DNA from: a virus
Taxonomy: Duplodnaviria > Caudoviricetes
Length of the DNA stretch: 24,857 nt
Reading direction: 5' to 3' (one strand)
Virus record (IMG/VR): IMGVR_UViG_3300033407_000103
Coordinates: 1 to 24,857 of that record
Shown here: one piece after another, positions 16,860-24,000 of the stretch
Position numbering within the stretch: position 1 is the stretch's first letter
Layout: each line of letters opens with the position of its first letter
The notes under the pieces: generated by a model
Seen by the model: the letters and a program-made list of their open reading frames with translations, nothing else
The model's database searches: none
What the model was told of the DNA's origin: nothing
Position numbers and translations under genes: made by a program

Positions 16860-18918
16860 CCGGCGCCCTTCCTGGAGGTTCGATGGCTGGAGTTATTACT
16901 TGTGTTGCCAACCGTTCTTGAAGATCGAGCTTCATGACCGTATCGGTCAATTTCGCCTTAACATCTTCGAGTTTTATATTATGAGCCTTCGCATAATCCA
17001 ATAGTGCAAGATCCCTCTGTAATCCGAGTTTCGCATAGTTGTAACGTTCATTCGCAATATCACGGTTCGCAACACCTTGACTGTAGACCATATCACGGTC
17101 CATATCGACTCTGAGCTTATGATCCTGCAGAGTCGCCATAACCTCAGTCTTGAACTTATCGACCTCTGCCTTGATATGAGCCACAGTGACTCGGGGATCT
17201 TCCGGAGGCGGTCGGTTCATCAGTTCCTGTTTCTTCTCATCGTCAAGCTGCCATTTCTCAGGAGCCATACGTTGAGACTTCAGAACCTCACCCATTGCTT
17301 TCTCTGGATCAAGACCGAACGCCGGGTTCAAACTGGCAGCGAGAAGTCCTTGAGCCCGAAGCATATTGATTTCGTTTTCGACAAGAGAAGTGGCGCCGAT
17401 CGCTTCGATCTTCAGGTCGGCCTTCTCGTCATCTTCACCATACATCAACAGGTACTCATAGTACCTTGGGATATGATTTTCCGTGATCTGCTCATCGAAG
17501 TTACGCGATAATCGTCTGAGAACAGCAGATGAGTTCTTGTGCAAGATCTCCATTCCACCAACAGTATCAGGCGCAGCGCCTTGCTGACCTTGCATGATGA
17601 AAAAGATACCTGTTGAATCTTCGAGCATCTTATATCCGAGTTCGATGATTGCCTGCATCTCTCTTTGGACCATCGGGATATTGATTGCCAGAATAGCATC
17701 AGAAACACTACGTATATCGGATTCCTCGCTGGCGACCAGTACCTTTCCACCATAGAGGTTCCAGTTCCCATCAACCGGCTGTATTGCACGATTACGGATG
17801 ATGATAATCGGTTTCGCGCTAAGACCTGCATTCTCCATCAGAGTTCTACAGGCGCCATTGATCATATCCTGACCAGTGCGTCCTTGCCGGCAAACTCCGA
17901 TTCCCCATGGTGAATCTTTACGCCTTTGCCATGTGAAGAAGTCATACGGAAATTCGCCGGTATCGAGAGGATTGAGGAACGCTTTTATCGGTCGATCATT
18001 AACCAGTGTTACGACCGCCGGTATAAGTTTGTTCGGATCTCCATTGACCTTACATTCGCATTCAAGTTCTACGAGATCACTTATTTTAAGCATGACATAG
18101 CCATACCAGATCTCATACATATCCTTGAAACTTGTGGTATTGCCGGTATTAACGTTTTTCTTTCCTGGACCTTCCTCAATAACAAGATCGATCTGATGAG
18201 AAAGATAACCCGGCGTACCTTTGAGATCGATGAGACTCTTGGCCGATATGTCGTCACGTTCGAAAAAATACGATCCTTTGTGGATATTATTACCACAGGA
18301 AGGATCAGGGTAACAATTTCGGGGATTGATACTCTTCGATTCCGGAACCGTTGATTTGATTATCTGAACGGTAGTATCACCTTCAGTAGTGGTTATCTTC
18401 TTAGATATTTTCTTCGCCGGTACTGGTCCCTTCAATACCCCGGTTCCAATTCTCGCCCCATCTTCAACAACCTTACGAAGCTCGGCGCGATATTTCGTTT
18501 CGATCAGCCAATCATGAAGTCGAGTTTTGCTTTTTTCGATATCGCCGGGAAATTCCGGAACAGGAGTCTCTTTGATCGTAAAGTTCCAATCGGCAGCGGG
18601 GATAAGCATGTCGCCCATTCGTGCTGCAGCGGTATCAACAAACTGTCGGAGAACATTGAAGAAAGCAATACACTTATTGTCCCCAGTATTGCTTCGTTTC
18701 GCTTCGACGACACCGGTACTTGATGAAGGTTTTGAATAATTCGCTCCTACAGAATGACGATTGACATCATCGATCCCTTCGTAATACTCATCATCTTCAT
18801 CCCACTCATTCTCGATGCCTTCGGATTGACGACCCTTAATTGCTTCATCGCGAAACAATACAACTTGCTTCGCAATCGTTTCGATCCTGGCCATTCTCTC
18901 TTCGAATAGTTCTTCCAT
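16837..18918 (-). CDS. Portal (head-tail connector) protein, 693 aa
   Basis: EW.EDDEYY.G, GTGVLKGP, YPDP, FPYD...SPWGIG, TVGGMEIL and a coiled-coil C-terminus. Synteny portal-small protein-scaffold-MCP. Confidence 0.9.
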   Translation of the reverse strand: MEELFEERMARIETIAKQVVLFRDEAIKGRQSEGIENEWDEDDEYYEGIDDVNRHSVGANYSKPSSSTGVVEAKRSNTGDNKCIAFFNVLRQFVDTAAARMGDMLIPAADWNFTIKETPVPEFPGDIEKSKTRLHDWLIETKYRAELRKVVEDGARIGTGVLKGPVPAKKISKKITTTEGDTTVQIIKSTVPESKSINPRNCYPDPSCGNNIHKGSYFFERDDISAKSLIDLKGTPGYLSHQIDLVIEEGPGKKNVNTGNTTSFKDMYEIWYGYVMLKISDLVELECECKVNGDPNKLIPAVVTLVNDRPIKAFLNPLDTGEFPYDFFTWQRRKDSPWGIGVCRQGRTGQDMINGACRTLMENAGLSAKPIIIIRNRAIQPVDGNWNLYGGKVLVASEESDIRSVSDAILAINIPMVQREMQAIIELGYKMLEDSTGIFFIMQGQQGAAPDTVGGMEILHKNSSAVLRRLSRNFDEQITENHIPRYYEYLLMYGEDDEKADLKIEAIGATSLVENEINMLRAQGLLAASLNPAFGLDPEKAMGEVLKSQRMAPEKWQLDDEKKQELMNRPPPEDPRVTVAHIKAEVDKFKTEVMATLQDHKLRVDMDRDMVYSQGVANRDIANERYNYAKLGLQRDLALLDYAKAHNIKLEDVKAKLTDTVMKLDLQERLATQVITPAIEPPGRAPDGQAFQK

Positions 18919-18940
18919 AATCAGTTATTATTTATGAAAA

Positions 18941-18952
18941 GATAATATTATC
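18941..18952. promoter_or_regulatory. 12-bp perfect palindrome GATAATATTATC in the AT-rich gap upstream of the portal gene; candidate operator/promoter
   Basis: The palindrome is directly visible. The minus strand has TTGATA-16 nt-AATAAT ending 8 nt before the portal ATG, and no SD is evident. Confidence 0.35.
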
Positions 18953-19409
18953 AATATAAAAATGATTTCGACACTGTATTAATAAACTTCTCTTCGGTCC
19001 CTCTGCCGGCCTCAGTGTTGTAATATTTCTTCCAGTATCGTGCCATTTCCTCAATATCATCCTGATTTGGAATAGGCTCTTTGACCCTCAGATAATGGAT
19101 TCTCGCCATAATTATCTGATAACAGAGATCATACTCTAACCAATCACCAGGGCCGGATCTCCCAGTGATATTTGTTACGAGTTCTGATAGATCCTTCTTG
19201 AACGCCAAATAGTTCTCCCAGATATCCTTCTCAGTCGCGGGCTCCATCTGAAAAAATCCAAGGGCAGGACCCCTTTTTTGCCTTATATACTGAAGACCAT
19301 AGGATTCATGCAAAGCGGTTAGAATCAAGAGATTAAAAGCACTTTCACTATACAGATTTGCTTCTTTGAGCTTTACATACACAAGATTTTTGAACTGGTT
19401 TATGTCCAT
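18951..19409 (-). CDS. Putative endolysin, lysozyme/lytic-transglycosylase-like fold (152 aa from ATG 19409; frame open to GTG 19592)
   Basis: TALHES (catalytic Glu-Ser), GPALGFFQMEPAT (GxxQ motif), MARIHY and YWKKYYNT. Lies with small membrane proteins and lipoproteins. Confidence 0.8.
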   Translation of the reverse strand: MDINQFKNLVYVKLKEANLYSESAFNLLILTALHESYGLQYIRQKRGPALGFFQMEPATEKDIWENYLAFKKDLSELVTNITGRSGPGDWLEYDLCYQIIMARIHYLRVKEPIPNQDDIEEMARYWKKYYNTEAGRGTEEKFINTVSKSFLY

Positions 19410-19413
19410 CGTT

Positions 19414-19722
19414 TCATGTAACCCTAATCGCTGATTGTTGACGGCATGTTGGGCATGGTACTCTGTATGAGCCATCGCCCTTGGTTGTGTGCGATCTTCC
19501 GCATTTCTGGCATTTATACATATACTGAATATCATCAACGACAGCCAGACAGTCCATAAAACAATCGGCAATGGCCTTATTAATCGGTCCACTCATATGT
19601 TCCCATTCGTTTTCGCGCACCCGGAGCACGCCTCTATTTTTCGTGTAGAATCCACGGATATGAGATTCGCAGTTTCCGCAGTCTGTGCATCGTTCCCGGT
19701 CGGTTATTATGAGGGTTTTCAT
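19414..19722 (-). CDS. Ferredoxin-like (single [4Fe-4S]) domain fused to a C-terminal CxxC...CPxC zinc ribbon, 102 aa
   Basis: Start reassigned to ATG 19722, an ATGA overlap with the upstream gene. Contains IITDRERC12TDC15GNC18...KAIADC54FMDCLAV, then YKC71QKC74G...C90PTC93. Confidence 0.65.
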   Translation of the reverse strand: MKTLIITDRERCTDCGNCESHIRGFYTKNRGVLRVRENEWEHMSGPINKAIADCFMDCLAVVDDIQYMYKCQKCGRSHTTKGDGSYRVPCPTCRQQSAIRVT

Positions 19723-20102
19723 TCTTGGTAGCTGGAACCTCCTAAAGCCCAAACAGCCCGATAGACTATTCGAGCCACAACCGGATGCCCTGAATCTGTG
19801 ATACACTGATAAAGCTCGTAGTCTGCCATTTCCTTGGTTATTCCGTACTTGCTACCCTCTCGGTAGTCGAAGTCATGTTGAATACAACAGTCGTACCAGT
19901 TCTTATCGAGGCATGTTTCAGCGAACCAATGAAGGCCGTTCGTGCTGCTGCACTCGTCAGTTTCGGTAAGAGTCTTTTTGAAGTCCTGGACAGCCTGAGA
20001 CGATTCAAGGCGCTGGTAGGTGTTCTCAGGAACCGGAGTATGATGCGACGGTGCGCAAGAAACACAGAGAAGCGTGAGGGCTATGAGTATGATACGTTTC
20101 AT
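19719..20102 (-). CDS. Lipoprotein/secreted protein with a phospholipase A2-like (CCxxHDxxY) domain, 127 aa
   Basis: Signal peptide MKRIILIALTLLCVSC. DECS...WYDCCIQHDFDY...ADYELYQCI...VYRAV..LGG matches the prokaryotic PLA2/DUF1353-type pattern. ATGA overlaps at both ends. Confidence 0.72.
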   Translation of the reverse strand: MKRIILIALTLLCVSCAPSHHTPVPENTYQRLESSQAVQDFKKTLTETDECSSTNGLHWFAETCLDKNWYDCCIQHDFDYREGSKYGITKEMADYELYQCITDSGHPVVARIVYRAVWALGGSSYQE

Positions 20103-20338
20103 TTAACCGCCCCTCCGAGAATCTCAAGTCCTTTCAGGATCGCTGAGTCATCAACCTGTGACCCTTCCGAGTTGACCTTGGCGCCGCAAGCCGTCCCGGA
20201 TATCGGATTGTGATTGATGAAAAGTGATGTATGAGAAACTTTGCACTCTTCGCCATCAGGTTTTTTCTGCTCGTACTTTAGAGTTGAGCACGCTGTGACG
20301 AATAAGATAAAGGCCATGATGCTGATTGCTGTTCTCAT
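20099..20338 (-). CDS. Small lipoprotein, possible o-spanin, 79 aa
   Basis: GGAGG SD and TGATG overlap give ATG 20338. Lipobox VTAC plus two further Cys. Confidence 0.7.
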   Translation of the reverse strand: MRTAISIMAFILFVTACSTLKYEQKKPDGEECKVSHTSLFINHNPISGTACGAKVNSEGSQVDDSAILKGLEILGGAVK

Positions 20339-20496
20339 CAATTCCCTCCGTTCTTCCCTTTGATTATAACGTAATTCGACACCAGAATGCTGGTCGCCGT
20401 AATAAACGCCTCATAATGCTTATCGTTATAGACCAGTACCGCGACCAGTGCCATGAACACTATAAGAACCGCCGCTCTGTTGTATTTGCTTCCCAT
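20338..20496 (-). CDS. Small two-hydrophobic-segment membrane protein, holin candidate, 52 aa (not in ORF track)
   Basis: Hand translation gives MGSKYNRAAVLIVFMALVAVLVYNDKHYEAFITATSILVSNYVIIKGKNGGN*. AAGGTGG SD ~9 nt upstream; the stop overlaps the next start (TGATG). Confidence 0.6.
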   Translation of the reverse strand: MGSKYNRAAVLIVFMALVAVLVYNDKHYEAFITATSILVSNYVIIKGKNGGN

Positions 20497-20626
20497 ACAG
20501 TTGCACCACCTTCTTGATGGTCACACGGGCTTTCGGTGCCCATCCCCACCAGTTATAACATTTATTGCCGGTGTGCTCAATGATAACGCACAGTTTCTCG
20601 TGCAGGCATGTGTCGCAGGATTTCAT
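20426..20626 (-). CDS. Small Cys-rich hypothetical protein (CxxCxHxxxC...C), 66 aa
   Basis: ATGA overlap with the upstream gene. The 3' 71 nt overlap the holin candidate in another frame. Confidence 0.5.
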   Translation of the reverse strand: MKSCDTCLHEKLCVIIEHTGNKCYNWWGWAPKARVTIKKVVQLYGKQIQQSGGSYSVHGTGRGTGL

Positions 20627-20961
20627 CCGCCAGTATTCTCGATATGATTATCAATCTTGTTTTCAATTCTGATCAGCCGTTGACCTGTGGCACTGTCAAG
20701 AACAAGAATGCTTTTCTCAATACTGTTCAGCTGCTCAAGGATTTTCTCATTTATTTTACCTTGCTTTTCCTTAAAGGCAGTGTTTGCTTCAGTCTCTGAT
20801 CTAGCTGAGTTCTGCCATAGACCAGAGCCCAAGACAGCAACCAGAAGAAGCCATAGTAGCTTATTCATATTCTGCATCCTTACTTTATTTGCTGAATGCT
20901 CTTTACATTCCTTGTCACAAGTTTCTAAGTTACAAAAGGGCTCTTTACGATTTTCAGGCAT
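20623..20961 (-). CDS. Single-TM plus coiled-coil membrane protein (holin/antiholin- or i-spanin-like), 112 aa
   Basis: AGGA SD. LLWLLLVAVLGSGLW transmembrane segment followed by a heptad coiled coil ending in RIENKIDNH. Confidence 0.7.
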   Translation of the reverse strand: MPENRKEPFCNLETCDKECKEHSANKVRMQNMNKLLWLLLVAVLGSGLWQNSARSETEANTAFKEKQGKINEKILEQLNSIEKSILVLDSATGQRLIRIENKIDNHIENTGG

Positions 20962-20988
20962 AATTTATTCCTATAAAGGAGGTCATAA

Positions 20989-21075
20989 TCACCGGGAATG
21001 CAAGACCATGGCCGTAAGCTTTGCATCGGTGAAGATTGTCTTTAAAATGCTGAGGAGTTCGAGAAGTTTTGGCAT
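20989..21075 (-). CDS. Possible 28-aa amphipathic peptide MPKLLELLSILKTIFTDAKLTAMVLHSR
   Basis: ATG overlaps the tailspike stop (TAATG) and the ORF fills the gap. Very short and otherwise unsupported. Confidence 0.35.
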   Translation of the reverse strand: MPKLLELLSILKTIFTDAKLTAMVLHSR

Positions 21076-24000
21076 TACTTAAACTTTTCAATACTAAAAA
21101 ATGAAGCATTCGATCCGCCGAAAATATTTGCAGATGTTATGCCGCCGACTACCATAGTGATTTTATCATCAACTGCAAGAGTTGCAGGGATTTTAACCCG
21201 CCATGTCGAGTACCTTTTGAATGTAGATGTCGGATTCAGGCCATCAAGTAGATTCCAGCCTCCAACCAGCACAGTGGAGCCGTTTTTAAGTATCCTAAGA
21301 TATCCATTTTGCAACTGACCGGTTGCATGAGTATCTTCAAGCAACACAGTCGCAGTTAGGCTATAATCTCCAGCAACCTCTATATTCGCCTGATAACTCC
21401 CGGTTAATGTCGCTATTGATGTATCAGCAATAAGAGTTCCATCGAGCTGAGCAATTGTATCACCTGACACTGCATGAGAGGTTCCCACATAAAACGTGGC
21501 TGACCGATAGTGTGAGTGCAAATCAGTATGAGCGCCAGCTTTTAATGCATTAATCTGGGTAGCTGTTGCCGTGACTTTCACAGCCTCGTTTAAATAGAGG
21601 TTGTCGCTTCTAAAATTTGTGTTTGTGGTTAGGTACCCATCACTATACGTCAGTGTTGAGCTTCCAGAAGAGTTTTTGTAATTATCACACCATAGAGATG
21701 AGAGTTTCGTCGCCCCGGTTGAAGGTCTAAACTCGAAGACATTTGACCCATCGTAAGAGCGGATTGCGCCTGTAGCGTCTACAAATAATACTTTGACAAA
21801 GCTGGACGTGGAAGAGTCGGGCGTTACGGTTACTGTTGTCGCGGTGTCGGCTGTTGTCGCGGTTGTGGCGTTTCCTGGGTAATCTTCATAAACCATTCCA
21901 GATTCATTTGGCATTGAGACAGCTAGATTATCGCCAGTGATACTCTCAAATAGTGTGTCGCTGAATGTGGTGTAACGATATGCTTTTGCATTGTACGTGT
22001 TTATCGCATCTCCGCCACCATTTTTAATAATTGTTCGCAGTCCTATAACATTACCAAAATGCGGATAAACAGAGCCTCCAGAGTCTATCTTGATAACATC
22101 AGCGGTACGGTTATTGCCATCCACTGTAGTTCCCAGCCAAATATGCACTGTTGACCCTGTTTCCGCCGATAGCGTGTTTCCCGTACCCGTTGAGGTTTTC
22201 TTTACTAAAGTGTGGCGGAGGTCCATTACCGAACTTCCTTCAGCAGAAACAACCCTGGAAGTCCCGCCAATATAACACGAGTTTGAAAGAATAAACCCAT
22301 TTGAAAACGAGTAAAGTCCAACATCAGCGCCAAGAATTCTAACCCCACTTAGCTCTATAGACGAACTTCTCCTGGACTGTAACGGGAATCCAGTTGTTCC
22401 GTCCCCTATAGTGCAGTTCTCGATGTAAACTGATGAGCCATAGCAATACAGGTCAGGTAAAATGGATAAGCATGCAAATATCTCAAAGGTATCACCAGTC
22501 AATGCCCCTGTAAAAGGACGGCCTTGAATGGTAAAAACTGTAGTGCTGTTTGTTGTTATAATAGCTTTACCGTCTGACGCAGCTCCTGAGGTCATGCGGA
22601 TTATATGCGTATCGTGAGCAGACGCAGTGAATCCGGTTGTGGCGTCTGTCAGTACATAATAGTTACCACTTGTTGACTGGTCGGAGGTTAAAGTCCCGGT
22701 TGTTATCGTATCGGTTGAACCGATAATATTAATCTTATTTTTATTGACCGGGTTATATGTGATTGCGGATTCTACTGCACCATGGTCCCCCTCGGCAACA
22801 TAGACGTTAAATGTCAAGCCGTTGTATTTATCAATCTGAGATAGTGCAAAAGCTATGTATTTAAACGCTGTTGCGGAATCATAGCCAAATCCATCGGTAT
22901 TGTTGTCTGTGCTATTTGCAACATCGACATATAGGTTTACAGTACCAGAGAATGTTAAAGGCTCCCAGCGAACATAATAATATTCATTTGTTCCAAACTC
23001 GGTGCCGCCAAGTTCCGTGATTATAAGTCTAATGCTTTCATCAGCGCCAAGACTGGCTATAATCGGAGTTGGGTCACCGTTGCCAAATACCAGCTTTGAT
23101 AATATGTCAGAATGCCATCCGTTAAATACTCCAGTCCCAGCCGCATTTTGCTTAACAATAAGTTCGACCTTTGCAAACTCGTTTGATTTAATCAAGTTTA
23201 TAGGGACATCGGTTCCAATATTTCCAAGATCGACAAGCGCATAGAGTGTGGTTGAGAAGTCAAGGTCGGGACTAGCCAGCAGCTCAACTTGTCGCCTATC
23301 GTATGCTTTGACTGAGTTGATCTTTTTGATTACGCCTTTTGGAATACCAAAATATGGGGCAAGGGGGATTGCCGATGCTTTAGTTGAAACGATTACATCC
23401 TGAGGTGCGGCAACCCCCCTGGATTGAGGGTACGGTCCCCAAGCATATCTTAGATCAAACTCGCCTGTTACCGCAGTGTGGGTCAATGTTACCGTATTGC
23501 CCGACAAAACAGCGGCTGATGGGGTTACTTTTGAGCCATCATTAATAACCTCGAACCCCCAGGCGTTGCCGCCGCCAGACACATTTCCAAGCGCAACATT
23601 CGACGTTGATAATGTCACCACTGTTTCTGTAGACGATGTTCTCGAAACTTTTGTTATTTTTGGAATTTCAAACCCGACATCGTATCCAGTATTTTGCAAG
23701 TATGAATTGGCAATTCTGGTAGCCATGGTCTCATAGCTTGTATGATCAGCGTGTATACTGTCTCCATAATTCATCATCAAATCATAGAAATACCCCCCAA
23801 GAAAAACATTATGCTTACCCCTGATTAAACTCTCGTTGGCTTTTTCTATTGCATCCCAATAAAGTTCAGCGTCCGGTCCGTAGTATCCGCTTCCAGGCGC
23901 GAAGTCAGGATAGGCCCCAATGCAGGAGATAAAAATTGGTATATCACCAAAGTCGGTTGTTATGTTGTCGTACAGATCATTCCACTTCTCGATATAAAAA

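Noticed and set aside
19723-19806. N-terminal 28 aa of the track ORF 19414..19806
   Set aside because: It overlaps the PLA2-like gene. The ATGA-coupled ATG at 19722 gives a ferredoxin-like N-terminus and is the better start.
20974-21000. Perfect plus-strand SD (TAAAGGAGGT) suggesting a plus-strand gene
   Set aside because: The nearest ATG is ~14 nt away and opens only a short frame antisense to the operon. The sequence is better read as a minus-strand anti-SD.
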